A stretch of 64,000 nucleotides of DNA from positions 120,156,001 to 120,220,000 of the forward strand of contig OX597815.1 of the NCBI GenBank assembly GCA_951406725.2, written 5' to 3'. Each line of letters begins with the position of its first letter. Within the stretch, counting starts at the first letter, position 1. This stretch comes from Octopus vulgaris (Eukaryota). The notes beneath the pieces were generated by a model. The model made no database searches, was not told the DNA's origin, and saw only the letters and a program-made list of their open reading frames with translations. Shown here one piece after another: positions 1 to 12,181 of this stretch. The translations under genes and the position numbers were made by a program.

Positions 1-2341
1 TTCCTGTGACAAAGAACTTGCTTGAAACAGTTTTCTAGTTTCCCTCATAGCATATAAAACTGGTACATATATTCGAATTTTACAGATAAAATACATAACA
101 CTATTCATAATTGTTTCTAACATAGACAAAGCAACAATCTATGTGCGCCTGGTGGGGTGTTAGGAGATTAAATCAAAGTTGATCTCGGAGGGATTTGAAC
201 TCCGAGTGTTAAATGTCATAAAATACTGTGAGGCATTTTGTATGATGTTAAGAAGAAAACTATGAACACCGCAGCTTTGAAGAGTTACGTGGATATTTAA
301 TTGTAGAGCTGAGTTACGTCCCTTTATTTACTAGTTTGCATGCGAAAGTTAAATGAATATGAGTTACTTCCCATGATATTTCTTGTATGGTCCGCAATAT
401 TTTCTTTTCTGTAAGAATTTAATAAATCGTTATTTGGTCAGACTAAGTAGAAAGAGACCAGGAAAAAAATTATACTTATAAAAACTTTCGTAAAAAATTA
501 CTTGATGCAATTACAATAATCGGAACAATATTTTTTTAAAAGCTATTAAACTATTAACAAAATTTTTCTTTTATTTAACAGAATGTTACTGATCTTGTGG
601 AAATCTTGCATATAGTGTATATTTTATGTCTAGTGTAAATTTTATGTGTACATACATACATATATGTGAGTAATAATTTTAAATTTGGATATGCACCTAG
701 TAGTATGCTGTTTAAAGAACATTCACTGTCTTCGGCTGCCTGATATCATCAACAAGTATGACATAAGTACCAATGGATTTACTTCAGGAATTCCTGTTTC
801 TGTCGAGTATACAATATTTGAGAGAAAGAGAAAATGGAATTCGTGAGATTCTTTATTAATCATTATGATCGTTTCGATCCATCTTGCATTGGTTCCTTGC
901 AAGTGAGAATGTGGACAACTGGTTGTGGTGTATCCTTCAGTTCAGATGTGCTTGTTCCTGTGATTTTCAAAAGTTACCTTGCTCATCAAACTCATGTTCA
1001 CTAATTTTGTTTATAATACATTTTGTTATTTACCTGGAGAACATGGTTTGGAATGACTTGGAATGATGTACATTCCCTTTGTAGATAATGGACCTACTTA
1101 TAATTAATCATAAATAAAATATATACATAAGAACCAAAAATAAAAAACAAAATAATTGTACAATGTGTAGGTTAATCAGGTACTATGCTTGCATTGCCAA
1201 AGTTATAGATGAAAATACTGCTTCTATCAACAACTCTATATTGTGCACTGGATGCATTGTTTTCTTTCATGGCAGCAATACTGCAGAGGTTGTTTTGCTA
1301 TCAACAAAACTAAAGTGAAATCTCAAGCTCTGCTGTGTTGTTGCTCAAATTGTAAGTCATTTACAGATTGTACTGGGTGCTTTATGTTGCACCAGCATTG
1401 TGTGGATTGTCTAGCAGCTTACAAAGCTAAAAGTAAGCCATGATGTAACGAACAGATTTATTTGGAGAGGATGGTAATGGAGAGAATAACAGATATAAAA
1501 GAGAGGGGAACAGGAAGAGTAATGTCAGGGATTAGTGTGAAGGAGAGGGAGAAATTGGAGGAAGATATCTTGTTGACTTTTCAAATAGGCTGCTTCAGGG
1601 CAAAATGCTATAATTCTTTACAAGGATTTTCTGTCTCTGCTCCAAGATAAGTACTCTCCTCTTAAATTGTTTTCCAAAGGGGAACGTTTCTATCACCTCC
1701 CTCAGTACTACTCTAACCCTCAGGTGAGAGAGATCTTGTCTTGATCTCATTGCTGCTGGTGCCATTTAAAAAGCATCCAGCACAGTCTGTAAAGTAGATG
1801 GTGTTAGGAAGAGCATCAAGCTGTAGAAACTATACCAAAGCAGACAGCAGAGCTTACCAGTTCCTGTTGAACTGCCCAACCCACATGCCAACATAAAAAC
1901 GACCATTAAATAACGATGATGTTGATGATAATTTAGTGGTTTGGCAAATGAGTTTGATAATCTTTTTTACTCTTTGTTTCTGTCATTTGACTGTGGCCAT
2001 GCTGGAGCACTGTCTTAAGTCGAACAAACTGACTCCAGAACTCATTCATTGTAAGCCTAGTACTTATTCTACCAGTCTCTTTTGCCAAACCGTTAAGTTA
2101 CGGGGATGTAAACATACCAGCATCAGTTGTGAAGTGATGGTGGAGGGACAAACACAGACACAGCAAACTCAAAAAATTAAGTACTCTGGTCAATTTGTTC
2201 AACCAACTCTAAAAGGCAGTGCTCCAGTATGGTTGCAGTTGTATGACAGGAGCAAAAGAGTAGAGAAATTACAATGAAACACGTCGTGTTGGAAACAAAA
2301 TAATTCAAGATAAATAATAAACCGTTCGAGACTCACTGAAT

Positions 2342-3283
2342 TTAATTAGTCAATGTTTTATTCATCCGTAAATATATTTTGTCAGATACTTTTTTGCAGC
2401 CTGAGCTGGAATATTCGTAATTGAAGGCCTTAGTAGAGTTGAAGTAAATTTCCTTCAATACCTCCTTTGCAAAGTCTTCATCTATAATATGATGATGGTT
2501 AGCTAATTCAGCTTTTATACATTCTAAAACATTAGTTTTATTAAGGGGAAAGAAAGGTACAACAGCATCAATAAGACCCTGCTTGTGTAATTTAAAAAAC
2601 CATTCATTTTGGCTATCTTCTTGAAATACATGTTCAAAATCAGCTAATTTCAACTTGTTCTGATGACCACTTTGCACTTTTCTGAACACAATGTTATTTA
2701 TATTTTCAGAGTTTATGGTACTTATGATTATGAATAGCGTATAAGTATACTTATACAAATTTGAACCTTTTAAATGTGTTAAAGTCTCTGTGAGGATCTG
2801 TTGAGCAGATCCTGTATCTTCAAAGTCATCAAGAATAAATATATTCCAGTGACATGGTGATAACTCTCTATATATCCAAGTCAAAAGTTTGTTTTCACTA
2901 TTTTGGGTAGAATCAAATTTATAATGATGTGAGAAAGAAAATATAAATAATTGAGTATTTTCAGGAAGATATTTATAGAGAAGAGAAGCCAAATAGGTTT
3001 TTCCAACTCCGACACCTCCATGGAAAGACAAAACCAGTGGTTGAGGATAGTTAGTCTCTAAACTCTTAATGTGATCTGTTAATGACTCTACAACAAGGTG
3101 AATAGCTAAATCCTGACCAATTATCTTTGTTGATAAAGACTCAGACACTGAATGTCTTTCCCAAGGTGGAATTTTATGACAATGAGAAATGTAAAAAATT
3201 AGAAATAAAAAAATAAATGAAGTTATAAAAGCAAATATACAACAGGATGGAAATTTCGGGTACTCCTTTACTTTGGCTGCCTT
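2342..3283 (-). CDS. Torsin-family (TOR4A-like) AAA+ protein, large terminal coding exon (TM helix + AAA domain)
   Basis: The track ORF stays open upstream of its GTG to an acceptor (ttttttctttaaag|AAG GCA). It reads KAAKVKEYPKFPSCCIFAFITSFIFLFLIFYISHCHK (TM helix), then IIGQDLA, PLVLSFHGGVGVGKT (Walker A), FILDDFE (Walker B), LIDAVVPFFPL..CIKAEL and SSSGCKKV (torsin GCK motif). TAA stop at 2342-2344. Confidence 0.92.
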   Translation of the reverse strand, partial: KAAKVKEYPKFPSCCIFAFITSFIFLFLIFYISHCHKIPPWERHSVSESLSTKIIGQDLAIHLVVESLTDHIKSLETNYPQPLVLSFHGGVGVGKTYLASLLYKYLPENTQLFIFSFSHHYKFDSTQNSENKLLTWIYRELSPCHWNIFILDDFEDTGSAQQILTETLTHLKGSNLYKYTYTLFIIISTINSENINNIVFRKVQSGHQNKLKLADFEHVFQEDSQNEWFFKLHKQGLIDAVVPFFPLNKTNVLECIKAELANHHHIIDEDFAKEVLKEIYFNSTKAFNYEYSSSGCKKVSDKIYLRMNKTLTN

Positions 3284-5415
3284 CTTTAAAGAAAAAAAAA
3301 ACAGAATTAAAAATATAATTTAGATATGTTTTTGCTTAAAATTTAACATACCATTTCAAGAATTCAAAAATTAACTAATATTAATCAAATGTAGAAATAC
3401 ATAAATTAGTAAAAATGAGAAATTTATTAAGTAATTATAACATCATAGACTACTACCTTTGACTCTTTTGTTGCTGTATTTCTGATGAAATACACAGCCT
3501 TTGCTTCAATTAATTATGAAAACATTGACAAGTTTAGTAAAATAACTGACATTATTAAACTGGATAGGTTTTAGATTTAAGACAGGGAGTTCATATAGTA
3601 GAACTAAGGGCAGTTTTGAGCAGGTTGGTACCAAAGAAGAGTTAAGCAATTTTCAAGATTGGATAAAATACTTTATAAGAAGCCTGTTCAAATTTACAGT
3701 AATTCTTAGAGTGGATAGCACTTTGTAACAGATGGTGAGAAGCTATATGAACTAGCATGTAATATTTTTTAGAAACCTCTTTGGTGTTCTAAACCAATAT
3801 CTGTTTTGGCATGGTTTCTATAGCTGGATGCCATTCCTTATACCAACCACTTTAGTGTGTGTACTGGGTGGCTTTTATGTAGCACCAGTAACAGTGAGGT
3901 CCTCAAGTAACTTGCAAGACAAGAGCCTCAACTTATGGGATTGTGGTATTGAGAGAGGTGGCTTTGTGCCAAGTGATGAGAGGTTAAAGTATGATAGAGA
4001 GACAGGAACAGATGTCTTGCTATAGGGGAGATATATAGTCAGAGAGAATAGATTTTTTTTAACACTATTTCTGCCATTATTAGCCTCTCGTGTCATCTCC
4101 AGTTGTTCAGAAAGTAAAAAGATCTGATAACTTCCAAGTTCAGATTTCTATCAGAGTAGTAAAATAAATATCTCAGATACTTTGAAATGCTTTGGCAAGT
4201 GGTAGTGGTCCAAAATGTTTAACCCTTTGGAGATGGAGCCACATTTGGAGTTTCAATACCAAGAAGACAAAGCCCTTTTCACAAGCCTTACATGGCATGC
4301 ACTTATTTTTCAAAAAAAAAAAAAAAAAAGAAATAAAGTAATTACTTTACATATATAAAACTATATGTATTCTTGTAGGAAACTGAATGAACTAATACAA
4401 TCTTCTTTGTAATTTGACTTTTTGGCAGATAGACTGGCCTTGTCATCTCCTAAGGGTTAACTCAACAGTAATATCAGTTTAAAAAATATGCATAAACATG
4501 ATTTGTTACAAGGTGACCTCACGAGTGCCATCATCATCATCTCCGTCATCGTTTTATGTTCGCTTTCCATGCTGGCATGGGTAGGACAGTTTGACTGGGG
4601 ATTGGCAAGCCAGGAGGCTGCACCAGGCTCCAATCTGATCTGGCAATGTTTCTACAGCTGGATGCCCTTCCTAATGCCAACCACTCCAAGAGTGTAGTGG
4701 GTGCTTTTTACGTGCTATCAGCACAGGGGCCTGTCGGGGCGGGGCGGGGGGGGGGGGGGCAAAATCGAAGTTCAATAAGTGTCCATACAACCCATCATAG
4801 TATTGCAAAAGACATAAAATGAAAGCAATACACACAAGAGAAACCAGTCAATACATCATGGAAGAAACATTTTAGGAATTCTAACACGGAAACTGTTAAA
4901 TTCCATTCTTCATTTCTTTCATGAGCTGACAAAATTTTTGCAGCACATCTGTAAAATTACCTTTCATAATTATTGGGTTGGTGCATATGGGAAAGTGGTT
5001 GGTGTTAAGAAGGGTATCCAACCATAGAAACCATGCCAAAGCTGACATTGGAGCTTGATTTGGCCCTCTGGCTCTCTGGACCATGTCAAAGTGTCCAACC
5101 CGTGTCAGTATGGAACAGTACAGAAAACAGGTGTTAAATGATGATGATTTTCTCTGCCCATTTGGACTCTGAATTCACTTGAGTAGTTTGACTGGACATG
5201 TTTAAAGGTAGTCTGAATGAGTTTGATGGGTTAGGAAAAAAAAACAAACCACTAAACAAACTTGGATAAAAGGAGGTGAAGAAGCAGTGGCACACGGTTA
5301 TACTTATGTGGTGTGAAAGAGATTTTAAGAAGAAGCATAATGAGTAATATTTTAAGTATATATTGAATTCATTAATAGTGATACTACACTTCTCTGTAGT
5401 GGAAGGGATAAAATT

Positions 5416-5947
5416 CTCTTTACTCTTTTACTTGTTTCAGTCATTTGACTGTGGCCATGCTGGAGCACCACCTTTAGTTGAGCAAATCGACCCCATCACT
5501 TATTCTATCGCCGGACTGCTAAGTTACAGGGTCATAAACACACCAGCATTGGCTGTCAAGCAATGTTGGGAGGATAAACACAGACACACACACACACACA
5601 TATACATATATATATATACATTCGATGGGCTTCTTTCAGTTTCTGTCAACCAAATCCACTCACAAGGCTTTGGTCGGCCTGAGGCTATAGTAGAAGACAC
5701 TTGCCCTGGTACCATCCAGTGGGACTGAACCTGGGACCAGGTGGTTCATAAGCAAGCTACTTTATTTCGTAAAATTTGCCATGACGGCATTACAAAGTGT
5801 AGCTTGCAGACTAGACAGAAACATTAATGAGATGAATGATGAAAAAAGATTAAATAAAAGATATTGATGGGAGAAGACAAAAATGCCCACCGATTTTTTG
5901 CTGCTCTAATACATTAGTCTTTAAGCAAGCTACTTACCACACAGCCT
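5416..5947 (-). mobile_element. SINE family A interrupted by a 159-bp insertion
   Basis: The body spans 5416-5762 and the head resumes at 5922; the 14-bp duplication taagcaagctactt flanks the insert. Confidence 0.85.
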
Positions 5948-6282
5948 ATGCTTATTTTATTAATAGACTATGGAACCTGGTGTAGCTCCTGTCAAACCAT
6001 CCAACCTATGCCATGGAAAACAGATGTAAGATGATAGTTATGATGATGATGAGCAAGTCTTCAGATGATTCGAATTTTAAACCCTGATAGGATGATAGGG
6101 CTGCTTTATGAACATACCATTTTTATTACAACTCAACAATTAAATTTCATGATGTTAAATATTTACCAAAAATAGAATTGGTATTTTCAGCAAGTCATGT
6201 TGCTTCTATAAACTTGACATATCTAAAATGAGAATAACCTTGTGGACCCACAACAGTCTACTCCATTTTGCCCTGTCATCTT

Positions 6283-8268
6283 AGTTAGTTAGTTAATTTG
6301 GCTCAAAAGCAAATAGCAAGGCCATGTAGGGGGACATGGAGTTAAGTACAGGGTGGTGTTCATGTAAAGAGTTCAGGCCACTTGAGGTCCAGGGAGGCTT
6401 TGAACAAAGCGGTCGTTGGCATCTTCACCATCTCGTCTGGCAGCTTGTTCCACGGATCCGCAACCCGGACGGAGAAAGCTCCTCTCCTTCGATTGAGATG
6501 AAATCGTCGCAGGTAGAGCTTTTCGGAATGACCCCGCAGCCGACGCTCCGGAGCAGGAGTGAAGAACAGCTCTTTCGAGAGGTTACACTTCCCGCTTATG
6601 ATGTTGTGGGCGAGAATGAGATCACCACGGCGGCGGCGTTTTTCAAGAGAACAAAGGTCGAGCGTCCTCAGCCTTTCTTCGTAGGACAAATTTTTGAGAC
6701 CATGGACCATGCGGGTAGCCAGCCTCTGGACTCTTTCAAGGTGCTGTATGTCTTTGAGGAGATAAGGAGAAGAGGCTTGAATCCCATACTCCAATATGGG
6801 TCTCACCAGCGTGACATAGAGTGGCAGGAATATGGCTGCTGTGAGTATTCCGAATGACCGTCGAATCAAAAACAGAATTCCGCGCGCTTTGTTGGCAGCA
6901 TGGACGCACTGGGCCGAAGGCGAAAAGGAGGAATCCACCAAGATACCCAGGTCCTTTACCTGATCGGTCCCCTCCAGCAGCAGACGACCTGGCTCGAAAT
7001 CAAGTTGAGTTGCAAGAGTAGAGCTGACAGGCAGATGACAGCACTTTGACACGTTCAGACACAGGTCCCAATCGTTAGACCACTTCCAAATTTGGTGGAG
7101 GCATCGACGAAGATCCTCTATACTACCGCGAGGAGCGACCAGTTTGATATCGTCGGCAAATAGAAGGGTGTGTTGCGTGAGGTCGTCGGGCAAGTCATTT
7201 ATGAAGACTAAGAACAACAAGGGCCCAAGCACTGAACCTTGAGGCACGCCACTGAACTTGGAAGGAGCGATCTGAGAGGAAGGCACCAACCCATCGTACA
7301 ATATCCGGATGGAAACTATATGCTTGAAGCTTGACAAGTAGTAGGCGGTGGTTTACCGAGTCAAAAGCTTTGGCAAAGTCCAATAAAACGATGTCAACAG
7401 CATCACTATCATCGAGGATGCGCGTCACCAATTCTTCCATTACTAGTAAGTTGGTGAAGCATGATCTCTTCGGCACGAAGCCGTGTTGGGAATCAGTGAT
7501 CGAGGCTGTGTTTAGGAGGTGGAGCATCATACTTTTCTTAAGGATGGTTTCGAACATCTTGCTGATTATTGATGTAAGGGAAACCGGTCGGTAGTTTAGC
7601 GGGTCTTCGCGGCTCCCTTTCTTGAAAATTGGGCAGATTATTGCTGTTCTCCAGTCTGCAGGTATAACACCCGTCGCCAATGACATATTGAATAGTCGTG
7701 TTAAGGGCTCGCAGATGACCGGAGCCAACGCTTTGATAACCCGTGGGTGTATGCCGTCGGGGCCGTGACCCTTGTTGACATCGAGGCCTTGAATAACACG
7801 TTTGACTTGGTCCCGCGTGATGATCAATCGAAGCATTGGAGGTACCGATCTATCAAATGGAGGGGGTTCACGACCATCATCTTGTTTGAAAATAGTTGAA
7901 AAAGCCTCGGCAAATAATTGACTCTGTTGATAAGGGTCCTCAATCGATACACCTGTTGAGTCTACCAACGTTGCAATCTGGTTGTTCAAGCGGGAATTTC
8001 GCTGGACATGGGCAAAGAAGGTTTTGGGATTGCTACTGGCATTTGCCGCGATTTTGTATTCATAACTGAAGCGTTCTTTCTTTTCAATTTTCACGGCTCG
8101 GTCTCGTTGAGTTTTGTACGCCTCAAAAGTTGCAGTCGAATCCAGATTTTTGAATTCAGCCCAAGCAATATCTCTGAGTCGACGTTCTCGTTTAACCTTC
8201 TTCGTCACCCAGGGCTTGTGTTTCTTCCTCTTGGGAAGTCCAACGGGAACTGCCTCTTGCCTTTATTC
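6283..8268 (-). mobile_element. Young 5'-truncated CR1-type LINE (RT region), frameshifted by an internal deletion
   Basis: ORFs 7195..8208 and 6360..7337 carry KGHGPDGI, NYRPVSLTS, QHGF, LDFAKAFDSV, GVPQGSVLGPLLF, FADD and RGHSEKL..WNKLP. It has an (AACT)n 3' tail at 6283-6296 and a candidate TSD tcatctt (6276-6282 / 8269-8275). GC- and CpG-rich relative to flanks. Confidence 0.93.
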
Positions 8269-8519
8269 TCATCTTCATCATCTAAAACCATATCCTTTAG
8301 GGTTTTTCTTCTCCACTGTTCCCTTCCACATTATTTTTCATCATTTCCCCTCACCCAGTCACTTTCATTTATTGAGATTCATAAATATATATTTATTTTT
8401 TTATAGAATTTTAAACAATGGAAATGACAAGGGACCAGGAGATGTGGTGACTTACTGTACTTGATAAGACATGTTAACTAAACAAAATCACAGTCTTCCA
8501 CACATAGTCATATCCTTTC

Positions 8520-8760
8520 AGGCGTGAGTGCCACTTAAAGAGCACCAGTGCTGGTGCTACATTAATGCACCTGTTGGTGCTGTGTCAATGCACCAATGAA
8601 AGTGACACATAAAAAGCACCCAACACACTCTGTAAAGTGGTTGGTATTAGGAGGGGCATCCAGCTGTAGAAACTATGCTTTAATGGACAGTTCTATGTCA
8701 AACCATCCAACCCATGCCAGCATGGGGAGTGGATGTTAAACAATGATGATGATGATGATA
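8520..8760 (+). mobile_element. RTE-3'-related short repeat, family C, ending in (GAT)n
   Basis: aaaagcaccc..gtggttgg.attagga.gggcatccagctgtagaaac..ccatgccagcatgg..gttaaa..(gat)n, the same sequence as the RTE 3'UTR at 49600-49780. Many copies, e.g. 1750-1930, 4530-4730, 11662-11745, 39776-39975, 45740-45930 and 61992-62250. Confidence 0.8.
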
Positions 8761-9297
8761 ACCCTTATTCTGTTTTGTGTCTCGTATATAGTCTTCTCCT
8801 CTGCTATTTCCCAGGCAACCATTATTTGTATGGCATCATTTTCTGTTCAAAAGAAATCTTAATTTTAATAAAGACTTACTAACTAGGAAATAAGTATTGA
8901 TGTGATGACAATAAGTTGTTCGCAAAATGAATCTAGCTTCAATTCTAATCTGAAACACGTTACAGTATTAACCCATTGTCTGTCCAAAGCATTTTCATAA
9001 GTTTGTCTTAAATGTCCATGCTGGTTTTCGGACTTTTAATAAACCCTTGTTTCATATGCTCTGAGTAACATAAAGCTTTCCTTTCATAAATCATGTTACT
9101 CTGCTGATTGAGAAAAATTAGAAATATGTATCATATATGATTCATGGATACCCAGGAAATATGTGCTGTGTATCACACATGACACAGGACAGATAAAAGG
9201 TAAGAATGATCTCAAACATAATAGATTCTTGATCTCAGCTAAAAACCCAGTGGTTCATATTTCACAGAAATCATTTCTATCACAATAATTAGAATGT

Positions 9298-9481
9298 TTA
9301 ACCCTTTCAATACCAACCCGGCTGAAACCACCTCTGGCTCTGTCGTACAAATGTTTTGTTTTCATAAGTTTTGAATTGAATTCTTCTACCAAACTTTAGT
9401 CACAATTTATGTTCCTAACACTTGCTTAATGATAACTAAGTTACAAGTATCTCAAAATAAATATGGTAACGAAAGGGTTAT
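9298..9481. mobile_element. piggyBac-like MITE
   Basis: ttaa-ccctttcaatacc ... ggtaacgaaaggg-ttat. Related copies lie at ~3458-3645 and 24437-24664. Confidence 0.75.
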
Positions 9482-9485
9482 TTAC

Positions 9486-9519
9486 CTTTCCTCTTTTTAG
9501 CTTGGAATCATGATGTTTA
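9486..9519 (-). CDS. Torsin-like gene, 34-nt micro-exon
   Basis: ttcatatttag|T AAA CAT CAT GAT TCC AAG CTA AAA AGA GGA AAG|gtaaat. Phase 2 to 0 joins the 13858 exon to the large exon in frame. Confidence 0.7.
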
Positions 9520-11984
9520 CTAAATATGAAATACAAGAAAAAAATTCATTTGTTAATAAAAAAAATGTGGATTCTATTATTTATATTATTAATAAAAAAT
9601 ATAGTAAACAAACACATGTAATGATTTTTTTTTTTTACCTTTTAATCAGGAGGAAGATAGTGCCATGACATTTTACAGAGCCTCCCAAGACTAGATAGGA
9701 AGTAGAGAGGTATTCGCCAAATTAGAGACCCGGTCCAAATGCTCACAATAGAGGATAGTGCTAATAGAATCTAAGGAGGCTATGGTGAGATTTGAATGCA
9801 AAGATTTGGAACTAATACCTTGAGACCACCAGTTTCACATTCTTAAAATCCCATCATTCCACTGCCCTACACTGGTACATTTCTTTTTTGTAATCAACCC
9901 CTGAAAGACTAAAAGGCAAAGCTGACTTTTGCAGGATTTGAACCCAAAGCATGGATAATCAGAACAAATACTACAAGGTATTCTATTTGAGTCTCTAATG
10001 ACTACCAGTTGAACAACTAAGTAATATAAATTTAACCTTTGGCATTCAGTTTACTCTGTCAAATGTAATTCTTTTACTAGTTTCAGTCATTTGACCATGG
10101 CCATGCTGGAGCACTGCCTTAAAGGGTTTTTAGTGAAAGAAATTGACCCCAGGACTCATTCTTTGTAAGCCTAGTAGTTACTCTATTGGTCTCTTTCGCC
10201 GAACTGCTAAGTTACAGGGATGTAACATATGACTGAGACCTTTGGCAATATGAAGACCCATCAAGCTTAGTAAAATTATACACCTATTACACTCTCAGAG
10301 TGGTTGGCATTTGGAAGGGCATCCAGCCATAGAAACAATGCCAAATAAGACCAGAGTCTGGTGCAGCTCCTCTGCTTACCAGCCTTGGTCAAACTGTCCG
10401 ACCCATACCAACATGGACAACAGATGTTAAATGATGATGAGGATATATATATATATATATGTATAATGGACGTTAAATGATGACGATGATAGGCTTCTTT
10501 CAGATGATGACAGGCTTCTTTCAGATGATGACAGGCTTCTTGTCAACCAGATCCACACACAAGGCTTTGGTCAGCCTGAGGTTATAGTAGAAGACACTTG
10601 CCCAAGGTGTCCTGCAGTGAGACTGAACCTGGAACCATGTGGTTGGGAACCAAGCTTCTTACCACACAAACATGTTTGCTTATTTATTCACAGTTTTTTT
10701 TTGCTTTTTTTATTAATAATGCATTATGTTGTAACTTTGAGAGTTCAATTGTAATTGTCTATTTTTAGAATAACATTGTAAGGTAGGTGTAAGAGGCTGA
10801 ATCTGGCTGCTTAAAACATTAAACAGGTAGAATGTTTTGGCTGGATATGGCCAGTTTAAATGCTAATATTCTGTTGCTAAGTAGTTTCAGCCATCTATTC
10901 ACAGGTTCATCACTAGGAATATGCAAATTAAAAAAAGTGCTCTAATTCAATTTGGGCTGAATTTGAATGCTTCATTAATATTTTAGTGTCATCATCATGC
11001 TATCCCAGAATTTAGGACTCAAAGCAAGTAAAACTCATTTAGACCTACCCTGTTCAGATCTGTCGGGTGGCACTTCTGCCTAACCATACTCCTCCCCACC
11101 ACATATAAATCAGCAACATGCTTTCACCATGAGAATGGACACTAGTCACTGATTATTCTTCTGAATTAGCAAGATACATACTTCATCTCTCCTCTCTCTG
11201 CTTCCATCATAATTATTGTGTCTCACCTCCCAGACCTTACTCCCGACAGCTGCAACCTTGCGATATTTCCCATTTATCCATATTTTTCTTACAAATATTC
11301 AATGTAAACATTAACTATATTAAACTCATTGGTCTGAGAGGTCATGCAAAAGGTCAGGGACACTGTTAACACTACATGGATTAAGTTAAACAAAGAAATA
11401 TAATATAATGTTGTCTATTTAGCTTCAACTAACCACAATAACAAAATAACTAGTTATTTCTGACCCATAATAGAGATTACATGTAGTTGGTTATGTAACC
11501 ATATACATTGACACACACAAAGATGTCCCCAAAACAACTAGACACCTGCTCAACATATCTTTTTATTTGTGCAGACACAATCAGTAATTAATGTATTATG
11601 TAAGCCATGTGTCAACTAAACACTAAATTAAGTGTTGAAGTGCATAAAACAACATTATTTTCATCATCATCATCATCATCGTTTAACGTCCGTTTTCCAT
11701 GCTAGCATGGGTTGGACGTTTCAACTGGGGTCTGGGAAGCCTGCACCATCTAGAAATAAATCTTTCAAAACTGATGGTGTCTATTTACTTTGAGGTGCCT
11801 GTGTGTTTACCCACACACACACAGATATCATCATCCTTTAACATCTGTTTTCCATACTGGCATGAGTTGGACGGTCTGACCAGAGCAGGCAAGCCAGAGA
11901 GCTGCACCAGGCTCCAGTCTGTGGAGTGTTCAGCCACTTGTGTAAGCTGTTCCATTGATCAGATCAAATAGAACATTCATGAAG

Positions 11985-12181
11985 TCAGTGAGCTGGCAGA
12001 AACATTAGTGTGCCAGGCAAAATGCTTTGCAGTATTTCGTCTGTCTTTACGTTCTGAGTTCAAATTCCGTTGAGGTCAACTTTGCCTTTCATCCTTCTGG
12101 GGTTGTAATCGACTTAATCCCTTTGTCTGTCCTTGTTTGTCCCCTCTATGTTAGCCCCTTGTGGGCAATAAAGAAATAAGA
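11985..12181 (+). mobile_element. SINE family B (gagctggcagaa head; gagttcaaattcc B-box; gactttgcctttcatcc domain)
   Basis: Shared consensus with plus copies at 24002-24190, 46497-46655, 52840-53020 and 63520-63700, and minus copies at 121-240 and 54272-54490. Confidence 0.85.

Noticed and set aside
691-1092. Short ORFs and exon-like pieces on both strands near the window start
   Set aside because: All are under ~60 aa with no recognisable domain, and no consistent splice chain can be built (the implied intron is only ~33 nt).
2342-3148. Track ORF starting at GTG 3148 as a complete intronless gene
   Set aside because: The frame is open a further 45 codons upstream to a splice acceptor and includes a TM helix. 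GTG starts are a bacterial-code artefact here.
6167-6222. Minus-strand segment bounded by AG and GT
   Set aside because: Stops in all three frames.
6239-8281. Exon-like sequence reconstructed by removing the LINE at its TSD (ttttag|ATGATGAAGATGAC..CACAAG|gttatt)
   Set aside because: It is 50 nt long with a weak donor and would shift the torsin frame between two phase-0 junctions; there is no homology.
6336-8464. Plus-strand ORFs 6336..6857, 7331..7594, 8008..8406 and 8114..8464
   Set aside because: Antisense shadows of the GC-rich LINE ORF.
8763-8842. Possible minus-strand exon (NDAIQIMVAWEIAEEKTIYETQNRIR)
   Set aside because: The only open frame needs phase-1 entry, which is incompatible with the upstream micro-exon, and the donor gttatc is weak.
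10485-10541. 21-bp triple tandem repeat (gatgacaggcttctttcagat); similar small duplications at 47660-47725 and 61221-61293
   Set aside because: Local slippage duplications within SINE or AT-rich DNA, with no sign of function.
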